A stretch of 64,000 bases of DNA, taken from contig CAWBSX010000004.1 in the NCBI GenBank assembly GCA_963791565.1, forward strand, positions 372,601-436,600. Reading direction: 5' to 3'. This DNA is from an uncultured Verrucomicrobiae bacterium. GTDB lineage: Bacteria; Verrucomicrobiota; Verrucomicrobiia; Chthoniobacterales; UBA10450. The notes below the pieces were generated by a model. The model saw only the letters and a list, made by a program, of their open reading frames with translations, searched no databases and was not told the origin of the DNA. Of the stretch, positions 10,479-21,459 are shown one piece after another. Made by a program: the position numbers and the translations under genes. How positions within the stretch are numbered: position 1 is the stretch's first letter; every line of letters starts with the position of its first letter.

Positions 10479-10698
10479 TTTGCCTAACGAGTAGTTAATT
10501 CGCTGCTAAAACGCGGCTGTCCTACCGCGTTTCAACCGTTGTCCCAAAAGCGGAACGGTCACATCCCAAGCACGACACGTTTCCGATGGACTCGTAAAAT
10601 GATCCACATTCTCAAGTGGCTGATTTAATGGTATTTGTGACTTGTTTTTGGCGGTGGCATAGGCCTTGCAAATAGAAGCGGCCTAACCAAACAAACCA

Positions 10699-10947
10699 AT
10701 GAAAAACAAAAACACTTATTCGCTTCTCGTTCAGTCCCAGGAGAAGGGTCGCTCGATTTTCGAAGCTTCGATTTATGGCCTCGTGATTCTCTGCACCGTT
10801 TTCTCCGCCTGGTCGTTCGCGGCGCATTCGATCATGTTGCCCGGAATGAACCACGTGGACAAAAACGCGGGGACGGAAATGGCCGCGCAAGCAGCGGCGG
10901 AGAACCCTGTCGCCATCGCGAGCAACGCCGACGCCAACGCGCTGTAA
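10699..10947 (+). CDS. Small single-pass membrane protein preceding the permease array
   Basis: 82 aa with one helix, IYGLVILCTVFSAWSFAA. It is preceded by the most AT-rich intergenic stretch of this region. No homology recognised. Confidence 0.35.
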   Translation: MKNKNTYSLLVQSQEKGRSIFEASIYGLVILCTVFSAWSFAAHSIMLPGMNHVDKNAGTEMAAQAAAENPVAIASNADANAL

Positions 10948-10980
10948 TCGTGGCGTTGCTAAACGCCTAACGAGTCCTGC

Positions 10981-13443
10981 GTGAACACGTTCCTGAAGGA
11001 TCTGCAGTATGCCGCGCGCATGCTGCTGAAAAATCCTGGTTTCAGCGCCATCGCGGTCATCGCTTTGGCGCTCGGGATCGGTGCCAACACCGCGATCTTC
11101 AGCGTGGTCAGCGCAGTTCTGCTGCGTCCGCTGCCTTATCCGCAGCCGGAACAAATCGCCGCCGTCTGGGCGGCGGACAATACCAAAGGACACGCGAAGA
11201 CTTCGTTTTCGTTTCCGGATTTTGCGGACGTGCGCGCGCAGAACCAGGTCTTCAGCGCGATGGCGGCGTACGACGATTCCGACATGACCGCGACCGACCG
11301 CGGCGCGGATGCCGAGCACATGCACGGCCTGCTGGTGACGTCGGATCTTTTTCGTGTCTTAAACGTGAATCCGATTCTCGGACGCGGCTTCACTGCCGAT
11401 GACGACAAACCCGGCGTGCGCGTCGTCGTTTTGAGCTACGACCTTTGGCAACGCCGGTTCGGCGGTGATCGCAACGTTCTCGAAAAAACGATCACGTTGA
11501 ACGAAACGCCGCATCAAATCATCGGCGTCATGCCGCCGACGTTCCGTTTTCCAATCGAAAAAACGTCCGCCGTTTTCTGGACTTCCGCCGCAACGCAATT
11601 TGAAGCCGCGCCCGGCAGCACCGAGACCTCAGCTTCGCAGCGCGGCATGCACTTCTTGCACTCCATCGCACGCCTCAAACCGGGTGTGAGCGCGGCACAG
11701 GCGGAAGCGAACACGAAGACCATCATGGCTTCGCTGGCCACGCAATATCCCGATTCGAACAAGCGCTTCGATTCCTCGCGCGTCGTCGCGCTTCTCTCCG
11801 ATCTAACTACCGATGTCCGTCCCGCGCTCGTCGTTCTCCTCGCCGCCGCCGGCTGCGTCTTGCTGATCGCATGCGTGAACGTGGCCAACCTTCTTCTCGC
11901 CCGCGCCACTTCGCGCGAAAAGGAAATGGGAATTCGCGCCGCGCTCGGCGCGAGTCGGGCGAGAATTTTCCGGCAGCTCCTCACCGAAAGCGCCTTGCTC
12001 TCGTTAGGCGGTGGCGCCGCCGGGATGTTGCTGGCCGTTTGGGGAACAGCCGGCCTCGCCGCGTTGCTTCCGCAAAATTTTCCGCGCGCAGAGGAGATCG
12101 GACCCGACCTGCGCGTGCTCGCGTTTACCGCACTCGTTAGTCTTTTTACCGGCCTCCTTTTCGGACTCGCCCCGGCCTGGCGCGTTTCGCGGCCTGATGT
12201 TGTCAGCGCGCTCAATGAAAGCGCGCGCGGCTCGAGCGAAACCGCGCGCGGTCGCCGCCTGCGCGGAATTCTTGTCACCGCCGAAATGGTGCTCGCGTTT
12301 GTCTTGCTCGTCGGCGCCGGGCTCTTGATCCGCAGCTTTTGGCAATTGCAGAAAGTGCCGATCGGCTTTGATCCAAACCACGTCATGACCGCGAGTGTTT
12401 CGCTGCCCGAGGGCGACGGCGGACCGGAAATCACCAAGCGCGACGAACAATTTTACGTGCAGCTGATGGAACGGGCCAACGCCATTCCCGGCGTCCGTTC
12501 GGTCGCGGCGATCAGCCCATTGCCCTTGAGCGGCGCGGATTGGCGAACCGGGTTCGACATCGCCGGCCGTCCCACCGCGAAGTCCGATCGAGCGCTGAGC
12601 GCGGCGCGCGTCGTTACGCCGGGTTATTTCGGCACGATGGGAATTCCGCTGCGCAAAGGCCGCGATTTCGATCCGCGCGATAAGTTCGAATCGGCCGGCG
12701 TTGTCATCGTGAACGAATCACTCGTTAGGCAATATTTTCCTAACGAAGATCCAATCGGGAAAAGAATCACACCGCAAATTTCACTGGATGTGCGCGAACC
12801 GATCGAGCGCGAGATCATCGGCGTGGTCGGCGATGTGAAGGCGCGCAAGCTAACCGCGGAAAATATGGCCGAGTTGTATCTGCCGCACACGCAGGCGCCG
12901 AGCGGCAGCATGACGATTGTCGCGCGCACCCATATGGAACCGCAGGCGATCCTGCCTTCGCTGCGCGGCGCGGTTGAAAGTTTGAACAAAGATCTGCCGC
13001 TCTACGAAACGCGGACCATGCAGCAATATCTTGATCGCGCCGTCGCGCAGCCGCGCTTGAACATGACACTGCTCATCGTTTTCGCGGGTGTGGCCATCGT
13101 CCTCACCGCCGTCGGAATTTACGGCGTGATGGCTTACTCGGTCGCACAACGCACCCAGGAAATCGGCATTCGCATGGCGCTCGGCGCGCAACGTTTCGAT
13201 GTTCTGCGACTCATCGTCGGACAAGGCGCGCGCTTGGTTGCGCTCGCGATGGTCATCGGCGTCGGCGCTGCGTTCGCCATGACTCGATCAATCGCCAGTC
13301 TGCTCTACGGCGTCGGGGCGACAGATTTCCCCACACTTTTCTCGGTCGCGCTTCTTCTCGCACTCATCGCGCTCCTGGCTTGCTGGTTGCCGGCGCGCCG
13401 CGCGAGCGGGATTGATCCGATCACCGCGCTACGCACGGAATAA
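10981..13443 (+). CDS. ADOP-type (MacB-like, duplicated FtsX) orphan ABC permease, paralog 1
   Basis: 820 aa. N-terminus [36 protein letters not shown], two FtsX halves, and C-terminus [19 protein letters not shown]. Confidence 0.9.
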   Translation: MNTFLKDLQYAARMLLKNPGFSAIAVIALALGIGANTAIFSVVSAVLLRPLPYPQPEQIAAVWAADNTKGHAKTSFSFPDFADVRAQNQVFSAMAAYDDSDMTATDRGADAEHMHGLLVTSDLFRVLNVNPILGRGFTADDDKPGVRVVVLSYDLWQRRFGGDRNVLEKTITLNETPHQIIGVMPPTFRFPIEKTSAVFWTSAATQFEAAPGSTETSASQRGMHFLHSIARLKPGVSAAQAEANTKTIMASLATQYPDSNKRFDSSRVVALLSDLTTDVRPALVVLLAAAGCVLLIACVNVANLLLARATSREKEMGIRAALGASRARIFRQLLTESALLSLGGGAAGMLLAVWGTAGLAALLPQNFPRAEEIGPDLRVLAFTALVSLFTGLLFGLAPAWRVSRPDVVSALNESARGSSETARGRRLRGILVTAEMVLAFVLLVGAGLLIRSFWQLQKVPIGFDPNHVMTASVSLPEGDGGPEITKRDEQFYVQLMERANAIPGVRSVAAISPLPLSGADWRTGFDIAGRPTAKSDRALSAARVVTPGYFGTMGIPLRKGRDFDPRDKFESAGVVIVNESLVRQYFPNEDPIGKRITPQISLDVREPIEREIIGVVGDVKARKLTAENMAELYLPHTQAPSGSMTIVARTHMEPQAILPSLRGAVESLNKDLPLYETRTMQQYLDRAVAQPRLNMTLLIVFAGVAIVLTAVGIYGVMAYSVAQRTQEIGIRMALGAQRFDVLRLIVGQGARLVALAMVIGVGAAFAMTRSIASLLYGVGATDFPTLFSVALLLALIALLACWLPARRASGIDPITALRTE

Positions 13444-13503
13444 TTCGTATGCGAGAAGAAGCGCGGCGCGACACTCTGGGTAGCGCAAGCGTCTCGCGCG
13501 CCG

Positions 13504-13535
13504 GTTTCGGTGTCTCGCCGAAACGAACTTTTTTT
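13504..13535 (+). terminator. Candidate rho-independent terminator after paralog 1
   Basis: Stem GTTTCGG (13504-13510) pairs with CCGAAAC (13518-13524). After 4 nt there is a T7 run (13529-13535). Confidence 0.45.
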
Positions 13536-13575
13536 CGAGCAAAGTCCACATCGCCTAAGGAGAGGAGAAACTTCG

Positions 13576-15987
13576 ATGAATAATTTTCGCTACGCACTTC
13601 GCCAGTTGCGTAAGTCGCCCGGGTTCACTTTTGTCGCTGTACTAACGCTTGCGCTCGGCATCGGCGCGAACACCGCGATCTTCACTGTCGTTCACGCAGT
13701 TTTGCTTTCACCGCTGCCGTTCCCCGACGCCGATCGCATCGTCGCGGTGCAATCGCGCAACCTGCAGGAGAATCTCAAAGGGCTGGGCTTCGCGCCCGCC
13801 GGATTCCGCGATGTCGAGAAACAGGTCACCTCTTTCGAGGCCATCGCGGCTTATCGCTATAACTACGACAATCTCACGCGCGTGGAGAAACCAACTTCGG
13901 TCAGCGGAAGTCTTGTCACGCAAGATTACTTTCGCGTGCTCGGCGAGAAGGCGCTGATCGGGCGCACTTTCACGCCCGAAGACGCCGCGGCCAACGCAAA
14001 ACCGACCGTTCTTCTGAGCTATGATTTCTGGCAGAAACAATTCGGCGGCCGGCGCGATCTCGTCGGCCAAACGGTCACGCTCGATGACGTTCCGCACGAG
14101 GTCATCGGCGTCATGCCGCGCACTTTCAAAGATCCATTTGGCATCGCCGCCGAGTGGCGACTCTTTCCGAACGAAGGCGGCGAGAACTTCGTCGCCAATG
14201 CGCGTTTCTGGGCCGTCATCGGACACATGAAAGCTGACGTACCAATGTCCACTGTTCAGGCCGAGCTCGGTACAATCAGCGCGCGACTCGCGCAGAGCGA
14301 TGCGAAATTCTACAAAGGCTGGGACATCAATCTGAGTCCGTTGCGCGATCAGGTCGTCGGAAATTATCGCGAAGGTTTACTGCTGGTGGTGGGCGCCGCG
14401 CTGGTCGTGTTGCTTATCACCTGCGCCAATGTCGCGGGTCTGCAATTTGTTCGCGCCTCGACACGACAACGCGAAGTCGCGATTCGACTCGCTCTTGGCG
14501 CGAGTCGCGGGGCGGTCGCGCGCGGACATCTGATCGAATCGCTGTTGCTCGTCGCGGTCGGTGGACTCGGGGGTGTGTTGCTCGCGAGTTGGGGATTGGA
14601 TGTGCTTCTCGCGAGCCTGGCGCGCGATTGGATTCCGCGCAGCGATGAAATCGCGCTCAACACGACGGTGCTTTTGGTCACCGGCGTGACCGCATTAGTA
14701 ACCGGAATTCTCTTCGGACTTTTCCCCGCATGGCACGCCACGCGCATCGACGCGATCGATTCGTTGCGCGACGGCGGCAAAGGGGGCTCGGCCGGTCTGC
14801 AATCGGTGCGACTGCGCGGCGCGCTCGTCATCGCACAAATCGCGCTCACGCTCGTGCTGCTGGTTTGCGCGGGACTGGTCTGGAAGAGTTTCGCCGCGAT
14901 CACGCGCGTGAATCCCGGGATTCAAATCGAGAACACGCTCAGCATGGTCATCACGCTCGCGCCCACGCAATACGACACGGGTCCCAAACGCATCGACTAT
15001 TTTCGTCAGCTTCTCGAACGCACAAGTGTGATTCCGGGAGTGGAATCAGTCGCGTTCACTCAGACGATGCCGTTCACGTGGGGAATCCCGGCGACGTTTT
15101 CTGTTTACGGCTCTTCGAACGACGAAAACAAATTGCCACCGGCCATCTACGATTCCGTTAGTCCATCGTATTTTTCGACGATGCACATTCCGCTGCTGGC
15201 TGGCCGGGTATTTGCGGAAACCGACAACGCGCAATCGCCCGGTGTGATCATGATCAGCCAATCAACGGCGAAGAAATTTTTCCCGAATGAAGATCCGATT
15301 GGAAAGCGTCTGATTCTTCCGCCGGGCCGTCAGCAACCGAATCCCGTGCCGCTCGAAATCATCGGCGTGGTCGGCGATGTGCCGCGCGATGGACTCAACG
15401 CCGACACGCCATACCAGGTCTACGCGAGTTTGAATCAGCGTGCGTGGGCCTTCGCCACATTGCTTGTGCGCTCGCCGCTTCCAGTCGAAACACTCACGCA
15501 GACAGTTCAGCGCGCGATCTGGGCCTTCAATCCGGAGCAGACAATTTCCAACGTCGCGCCGGTGCGCACGCTGGTGAAACAAAGCCTGACGCAGCCGCAA
15601 CTTTATCTCACGCTCTTCAGTCTCTTCGCGCTCCTCGCATTGCTGCTCGCCAGCATCGGTCTTTACGGGCTCATCGCTTACAGCGTCGCGCAGCGCACGC
15701 GCGAATTCGGCATTCGCTTCGCACTCGGCGCGCAGATTGGCGATGTGCTGCGACTCGTTCTCGGACAAGGCGCGCGGCTGACCGCGCTTGGCCTTGTCCT
15801 TGGTTTGCTGGGCGCGGCGGGAGTCGCGCGTCTCATGCAAACACTTCTCTTTCATACCGCCGCTTACGACCCGCTGGTCTTCGGCGGTGTTGTGTTAGTA
15901 CTCGCGGTCATCGGCCTTCTCGCCGCGTTGTTGCCAGCGTTGCGCGCGACCAAGGCCGACCCAGTCGCCGCTCTCCGCACCGAATAG
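13576..15987 (+). CDS. ADOP-type orphan ABC permease, paralog 2
   Basis: Start at [38 protein letters not shown], preceded by AAGGAGAGGAG. About 803 aa with the same architecture as paralog 1. Confidence 0.9.
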   Translation: MNNFRYALRQLRKSPGFTFVAVLTLALGIGANTAIFTVVHAVLLSPLPFPDADRIVAVQSRNLQENLKGLGFAPAGFRDVEKQVTSFEAIAAYRYNYDNLTRVEKPTSVSGSLVTQDYFRVLGEKALIGRTFTPEDAAANAKPTVLLSYDFWQKQFGGRRDLVGQTVTLDDVPHEVIGVMPRTFKDPFGIAAEWRLFPNEGGENFVANARFWAVIGHMKADVPMSTVQAELGTISARLAQSDAKFYKGWDINLSPLRDQVVGNYREGLLLVVGAALVVLLITCANVAGLQFVRASTRQREVAIRLALGASRGAVARGHLIESLLLVAVGGLGGVLLASWGLDVLLASLARDWIPRSDEIALNTTVLLVTGVTALVTGILFGLFPAWHATRIDAIDSLRDGGKGGSAGLQSVRLRGALVIAQIALTLVLLVCAGLVWKSFAAITRVNPGIQIENTLSMVITLAPTQYDTGPKRIDYFRQLLERTSVIPGVESVAFTQTMPFTWGIPATFSVYGSSNDENKLPPAIYDSVSPSYFSTMHIPLLAGRVFAETDNAQSPGVIMISQSTAKKFFPNEDPIGKRLILPPGRQQPNPVPLEIIGVVGDVPRDGLNADTPYQVYASLNQRAWAFATLLVRSPLPVETLTQTVQRAIWAFNPEQTISNVAPVRTLVKQSLTQPQLYLTLFSLFALLALLLASIGLYGLIAYSVAQRTREFGIRFALGAQIGDVLRLVLGQGARLTALGLVLGLLGAAGVARLMQTLLFHTAAYDPLVFGGVVLVLAVIGLLAALLPALRATKADPVAALRTE

Positions 15988-15997
15988 GAACGCCAAC

Positions 15998-18430
15998 ATG
16001 AACACACTGCTTCAAGATTTTCGTTACGCACTGCGCAAGCTCGTGCAGCAGCCCGCCTACACCATCATCGCCGTGCTCACGCTCGCGCTCGGCATCGGCG
16101 CGAACACTGCGATCTTCAGTGTGGTCAACGCGGTGCTTTTACGCCCGCTGCCTTATCCGGAACCTGATCGCATCGTTTATCTCAGCGAAGTAAACGGCGG
16201 GACGAACAGCGCGATCGCATTTCCGGATTACATCGATTGGCGCAACGATGCGAAATCGTTCGAGCATCTCGCACTCTCGCGCACGGAATCGCGAAACCTC
16301 AGCGGCATTGCCGGTCGTGAACCGGAGCGCGTCTCGGTCTCGTTCGTCACTGCGAACTTCTTTCGCGTGATCGGCCTCAATCCACAAATCGGCCGCACCT
16401 TTACGGACGACGAAGACAAGCCGGGCGCGCCGGCGCTGGTCGTGCTGAGCGATCGTTTGTGGGACCGCGTCTTCAATCGCGACCCAAACATCATCGGTCG
16501 CGCGGTGACGTTTCACGGTCAGCCGTTCACGGTCACGGGCGTGATGCCGCGGGAAATGGATTCGCCGCATGGCGTGGACGCGTGGTTCTCGGTGATGCGA
16601 CGGAGCGCAAACGCCGCCTGGCAGAATCGCGCCAATCATCCAATGCTCTTCGCCTGGGGCCGGCTGAAGAAAGGTATCACGGTCGAGCAGGCGCGAAGCG
16701 AGATAAAAACCATCGCGGCGCGATTGGAAAAAACTTACCCGGAAACGAACGCGGGCACGAGCGGCGAAGTAAAACCGCTGCTCGATAACTTGTTAGGCAA
16801 CTACCGCACAAGTCTCACGCTGTTGCTTTGCGCGGTCGCGCTCGTCCTCCTCATCGCTTGCGCGAATCTCGCCAATCTTTTCGCCGCGCGCGGTGCTTCG
16901 CGTTCGCGTGAGTTTGCCATTCGCGCCGCTATTGGTGCATCGCGCTTAGGAGTCGTTAGGCAATTGCTCATTGAAAGTTTTTGTATCGCGCTGATCGGCG
17001 GCGCGCTCGGTTTGCTCTTTGCCATTTGGGGACGCGACGCTCTTGTCGCCTTCGCGCCGGGTAATGCGCCGCGCTTCGAAGGCATCGGCTTCGATGCGCG
17101 CGTGCTCGGTTTCACTTTTCTGCTGGCCAGCCTGACGACAATTCTTTTCGGCCTCTGGCCCGCATGGCAGGTCGCGCACGCCGACATTCAAACCGCACTT
17201 CAAGCCGGTTCATTCGGTAGTTCCGAAACAAAAACAGCGCGGCGTAGTCGCGATTGGCTGGTCATCGCCGAAGTCGCGCTCACACTTTTGTTGCTCAGCG
17301 CCGCCGGTCTTGTTTTGAAGAGCTTCGCCAAGATGCAATCGGTCGCGCTCGGTTTCGAGCCGCGCGGACTTCTCACCGCGCGCATCGATTTGCCCTACAC
17401 GAAATACACCGATCACGAAAAGGTCGCGAACTTCGACAACGCATTGCTCGACGGCGTGCGGCGCTTGCCCGGCGTGCAAAACGCAGCCGTTGGCGCGAAT
17501 CCTCCGATGCTGAGCGGATGGCAGCTGAATTTTTTACCCGAAGGCGCGCCGCCGACTGATCCGAGCCAGCAGCCATCCGCCGATTCGGAAGTGATCGCGG
17601 GTGATTACTTCGCTGCGCTGCAAACAACATTGATCCGCGGCCGCACCTTCAACGCCGGCGACACCAAAGATTCGCCGCCGGTCGTGATCATCGATCAAAC
17701 GTTGGCCGAGACAGCTTTCCCGAAACAGGATCCGTTAGGCAAACGTCTCGCCATCGGTGGTGCCGACGGGAACAGCGAGGACATCATTCTCTATGAAATC
17801 GTCGGCGTGGTCGCGCACATGAAACTGCGCGGATACGACGACGTGCCAGCGATACCGGCATTCTTTTTTGCCGAAACGCAAACGGCGCGAACGAATCAGG
17901 TATTACTCGTTAGGGCGAGCGGCAATGTGAAGTCGCTCGAGAGATCGATTCGCGAAGTCATCAATCGCGTCGATCCAACACAGCCGGTTTTCGACTTCCG
18001 CGCCATGGAAGAACGCGTGGCCGAAACCTGGTCGACGCAACGTCTGCTTTCATTTCTTCTCGCGATTTTTGCGGGTCTCGCGTTGCTCCTCGCCGCAGTC
18101 GGCTTGTATGGCGTGCTTTCTTACACTGCATTGCGACGCTTACGCGAAATGGCGGTGCGCATCGCATTCGGCGCGCGACCTGCGGACATCCGCGGTTTGG
18201 TTTTCGGTCACGGCTTCCGTTTGTTCGGCGTAGGAATCGCGCTCGGCGCAATCGGCGTTGCTGGCTCTGCGCCCGTCATCCGCAGTTTTCTTTTCGGGGT
18301 CGCAACCGCTGATCTGCAGATTTTTGCCGCTGTCGGTATTCTGCTCTCGTTAGTCACCGTGCTCGCCGCGTGGTTACCCGCGCAACGCGCCTGCCGCGTG
18401 AATCCGATCATTGCGCTGCGCGCAGAATAA
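15998..18430 (+). CDS. ADOP-type orphan ABC permease, paralog 3
   Basis: 810 aa. [42 protein letters not shown] ... [19 protein letters not shown]. Confidence 0.9.
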   Translation: MNTLLQDFRYALRKLVQQPAYTIIAVLTLALGIGANTAIFSVVNAVLLRPLPYPEPDRIVYLSEVNGGTNSAIAFPDYIDWRNDAKSFEHLALSRTESRNLSGIAGREPERVSVSFVTANFFRVIGLNPQIGRTFTDDEDKPGAPALVVLSDRLWDRVFNRDPNIIGRAVTFHGQPFTVTGVMPREMDSPHGVDAWFSVMRRSANAAWQNRANHPMLFAWGRLKKGITVEQARSEIKTIAARLEKTYPETNAGTSGEVKPLLDNLLGNYRTSLTLLLCAVALVLLIACANLANLFAARGASRSREFAIRAAIGASRLGVVRQLLIESFCIALIGGALGLLFAIWGRDALVAFAPGNAPRFEGIGFDARVLGFTFLLASLTTILFGLWPAWQVAHADIQTALQAGSFGSSETKTARRSRDWLVIAEVALTLLLLSAAGLVLKSFAKMQSVALGFEPRGLLTARIDLPYTKYTDHEKVANFDNALLDGVRRLPGVQNAAVGANPPMLSGWQLNFLPEGAPPTDPSQQPSADSEVIAGDYFAALQTTLIRGRTFNAGDTKDSPPVVIIDQTLAETAFPKQDPLGKRLAIGGADGNSEDIILYEIVGVVAHMKLRGYDDVPAIPAFFFAETQTARTNQVLLVRASGNVKSLERSIREVINRVDPTQPVFDFRAMEERVAETWSTQRLLSFLLAIFAGLALLLAAVGLYGVLSYTALRRLREMAVRIAFGARPADIRGLVFGHGFRLFGVGIALGAIGVAGSAPVIRSFLFGVATADLQIFAAVGILLSLVTVLAAWLPAQRACRVNPIIALRAE

Positions 18431-18448
18431 TTCGCCTAACGAGTCCTA

Positions 18449-20863
18449 ATGGAAACAACCCTTCGCGACATTCGCTATGGCTTGCGCACCCTGCGCAAAA
18501 ATCTCGGCTTCACCGCGGTGGCGGTGGTCGCCCTCATGCTCGGAATCGCGAGCACGACCGTCATCTTCAGCGTGATCAATGGCGTCCTGCTCCGCCCGCT
18601 GCCTTATCCGGACGCGGATCGGATCGTCACCATCTCGCAGACCATCGCCGCTTCGAATATTGCGCGCGGAGCGACAGCGCCGGCGAATTACGTCGATCTG
18701 GCGGCGCAGTCCGATGCCTTCGTCGCCATGGCTGCGTCGCGTGGCTGGCAGGGAAATCTCACCGAGGGCGACATGCCCGAACGTCTGCGCGTGACCATGA
18801 CGACGACGAACTTGTTTCAAGTTTTTGCGAGCGCGCCGATCCTCGGTCGCGGTTTGCAAGCGGCGGATGAACAGCCCGGTCGTTCGAATGTCGCCGTGCT
18901 TAGTCAGGGTTTGTGGGAACGGAAATTCGGGAGCGATCGCAACATCATCGGTCGCGAAATTCGTTTCGATGGCGAACCGCGCACCATCGTTGGCGTGATG
19001 CCGGCCAGTTTTTCACCGGATGATTACGGCGAACTTTGGGTGCCATCGCCTTTCGGTGTGCCAACGCATGCCTTGCGGCCGACGCAAGACCCGCGCCGAA
19101 TGCGCGACAGCAATTATCTCGATGTTTATGCGCGTCTGAAACCGGGCGTGACTTTGCAGCAGGCGCAAACGCAGTTGAGCGCGGTCATGGCGCGTTTGGA
19201 AAAAGATTACCCCGACGACAACATGGGCGAAGGCGTCGCCGTTACGCCGTTGCAGGAAGACAAAGCGGGCAGCATGCGGCCAGCGCTGCTCATGCTGGGC
19301 GCGGCGGTTGGATTTCTTCTTCTGATCGGTTGCGCGAACGTGGCGAACCTGCAGCTGGCGCGCGCGGCAGCGCGGTCACGCGAAGTTTCCATTCGCGCCG
19401 CGCTGGGCGCGGATCGCTCACGACTCGTTAGGCAACTTCTGACCGAAAGTATTTTGCTCGCGCTGATTGGCGGCGCGCTGGGAATTCTGGTCGCGGCCTG
19501 GGCCGTGCCGGTTTTGATGGCGATGGCGCCGCCCGCCTTGACAAGCTTCAAGGAAATTACACTCGATCGCGGCGTGCTCTTGTTCAGCCTGATCATTTCA
19601 TTACTAACTGGCGTGCTCTTCGGGCTGGCACCGGCTTTTCAAGCCTCATCGGCGAATCCGAACGACTCGTTAGGCGAAGGCGAACGCGGCAGCACGGCCA
19701 GTCACAGCCGCAGCCGGTCCGTTCTGATCGCGACGGAAGTTGGACTAACACTGGTCCTGCTCATCGGCGCGGGATTGCTCATCAGAAGTTTCGGGAAGGT
19801 CACCAAAGTCGATCCCGGTTTCACGCCGGAGAACTTACTTGTCTTTGACGTCGGCCTTCCGCCCGCGACGGACGACGCGCACAATCTCGCCTTTTATCAG
19901 CAGGTGGTGGAACGCGTGCAGGCTGTTCCCGGTGTGATGCGCGTCGGCGCGGTCAGCCGGTTGCCGTTCTCCGGCGGTAACAGCGGCCGCTCCTTCAATC
20001 TTCCCGGCAGCGACAAAAACTACGACGCCGACATTCGCGTGAGCACGCCGGATTATTTTCGCACGATGAACATTCCGCTTTTGCGCGGACGCGTCTTTAC
20101 TGAACAGGACACGAAAGATTCTGTGCGCGTTTGTGTGATCAACGACGCCACCGCGCGGATGGCGTTTCCCGGCGAAGATCCGGTCGGCAAATTCGTCGTC
20201 AATTTCGGACCGGACAGCGAGAAGCTGCAGATCATCGGCGTGGTCGGAAACATCCGGCATCTCGCGCTCGACACCGCGCCGCATCCGGAACTCTATCAAC
20301 CACTCGGCCAGGCAAAATGGCCGCGCATGTTCATCGCAATGCGAAGCGCCGTGGGAAATTCGCTCGCGTTATTACCGGCCGCGCAGAACGCGGTCTGGAG
20401 CGTCGATCGCAACGTCGCGCTCGGTAATGTACGCACGATGGAAGACACGATCGCGCGGACGTTGTTGAAGCGAAAATTCACCATGACGCTGCTGACAATT
20501 TTCGCCGGCATCGCCGTCGCGCTCGCCTCGATCGGTTTGTATGGTGTGATGTCGTATTCCGTTTCGCAACGCACGCGTGAGATCGGAATTCGCATGGCGC
20601 TCGGTGCGCAACGTGCGGATGTGCTGCGACTGGTCGTTAGGCAAGGGATGTTACTAACCGCGATTGGCGTCGGGCTTGGGCTGGCCGGTTCGCTTGGCCT
20701 AACGAGACTTATCTCGAGTTTGCTCTTTGGTATCAGCGCGACGGATGTCAGTACCTTCGGCGCGGTTTCGATTTTGCTGCTCGCGATCGCGTTACTGGCC
20801 TGCTGGCTGCCGGCGCGGCGCGCGAGTGGCGTCGATCCGATGGTGGCGCTACGAGCGGAGTAA
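18449..20863 (+). CDS. ADOP-type orphan ABC permease, paralog 4
   Basis: 804 aa. METTLRDIRYGLRTLRKNLGFTAVAVVALMLGIASTTVIFSV ... [19 protein letters not shown]. Confidence 0.9.
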   Translation: METTLRDIRYGLRTLRKNLGFTAVAVVALMLGIASTTVIFSVINGVLLRPLPYPDADRIVTISQTIAASNIARGATAPANYVDLAAQSDAFVAMAASRGWQGNLTEGDMPERLRVTMTTTNLFQVFASAPILGRGLQAADEQPGRSNVAVLSQGLWERKFGSDRNIIGREIRFDGEPRTIVGVMPASFSPDDYGELWVPSPFGVPTHALRPTQDPRRMRDSNYLDVYARLKPGVTLQQAQTQLSAVMARLEKDYPDDNMGEGVAVTPLQEDKAGSMRPALLMLGAAVGFLLLIGCANVANLQLARAAARSREVSIRAALGADRSRLVRQLLTESILLALIGGALGILVAAWAVPVLMAMAPPALTSFKEITLDRGVLLFSLIISLLTGVLFGLAPAFQASSANPNDSLGEGERGSTASHSRSRSVLIATEVGLTLVLLIGAGLLIRSFGKVTKVDPGFTPENLLVFDVGLPPATDDAHNLAFYQQVVERVQAVPGVMRVGAVSRLPFSGGNSGRSFNLPGSDKNYDADIRVSTPDYFRTMNIPLLRGRVFTEQDTKDSVRVCVINDATARMAFPGEDPVGKFVVNFGPDSEKLQIIGVVGNIRHLALDTAPHPELYQPLGQAKWPRMFIAMRSAVGNSLALLPAAQNAVWSVDRNVALGNVRTMEDTIARTLLKRKFTMTLLTIFAGIAVALASIGLYGVMSYSVSQRTREIGIRMALGAQRADVLRLVVRQGMLLTAIGVGLGLAGSLGLTRLISSLLFGISATDVSTFGAVSILLLAIALLACWLPARRASGVDPMVALRAE

Positions 20864-20880
20864 ACGTTCCAAGCGCTTGC

Positions 20881-20965
20881 GTTGTAGCGACGCCGCTCTG
20901 TCGGCGTAAGAACCTTTTGCCTGCAATCCGCGCGTGTGACGGCGATAGAGCGCCGTCGCTACAAC
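20881..20965. repeat. Long imperfect inverted repeat (stem-loop) between convergent genes
   Basis: The left arm 20881-20906 (GTTGTAGCGACGCCGCTCTGTCGGCG) matches the reverse complement of 20940-20965 at 23 of 26 positions, with the first 12 perfect. The loop is about 33 nt. A motif copy at 20970 follows immediately. Confidence 0.6.
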
Positions 20966-20971
20966 ATCTGC

Positions 20972-21424
20972 CTAACGAGTCAGTTGTAAACGCCAGTTGA
21001 GCTTGCCGTCGGCGGCGATGTCGAGATAAGCGACGCTGGCCGGCGCGCCACGATTCGGCCGCGTCACGCATCCGGGATTAAGGAATAAGACATCGTGAAC
21101 ACGCTCGTACCGCGGTACGTGCGTGTGACCATGCAGAACGACGTCGACATTTTTCGGCGAGTCGTCAGGCGGAATATGAACAAGGCGAAAGCAGAGTCCG
21201 TTTCGTTTCAGAAGAACAACGAGAGGCCACTCGGTCTCACTGTCGCAATTTCCCCGGACAAGCGTCAGCGGCGGCCCGGCAGCGCGAATTTCCTCAAGCA
21301 AGCTCGGCGCGCAGACATCGCCGAGATGCCAGATTTCATCCACGTCGTCGGCCAATCGATTGAAGTTCGGCGGCAGATGATTGTGCGTGTCGGCCATGAC
21401 CAGGACGCGAATCGATTTTCCCAT
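20972..21424 (-). CDS. Metallophosphoesterase (YfcE/MJ0936-like)
   Basis: 150 aa with MADTHNH, GDVC, GNCD and HGHTH motifs. The stop is the TAG of the motif copy at 20970. Confidence 0.85.
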   Translation of the reverse strand: MGKSIRVLVMADTHNHLPPNFNRLADDVDEIWHLGDVCAPSLLEEIRAAGPPLTLVRGNCDSETEWPLVVLLKRNGLCFRLVHIPPDDSPKNVDVVLHGHTHVPRYERVHDVLFLNPGCVTRPNRGAPASVAYLDIAADGKLNWRLQLTR

Positions 21425-21459
21425 GTGCGCAGTATCTGTATCGGCGTAAGCTTCGGCCA

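Noticed and set aside
10509-10532. Hairpin AAACGCGG-N8-CCGCGTTT after the SDR gene as a terminator.
   Set aside because: Only three T residues follow the stem. It is plausible but too weak to list as a feature.
8661-12437. Other long antisense or alternative-frame ORFs, for example 8661-9419(-), 10612-11325(-), 11514-12437(-), 14364-14903(-), 22042-22644(-), 25216-25989(-), 38379-39098(-), 52194-53000(-) and 4278-5114(+).
   Set aside because: Each overlaps a gene with clear family motifs on the other strand or frame. Each has a skewed Arg/Pro/Ala composition without recognisable domains.
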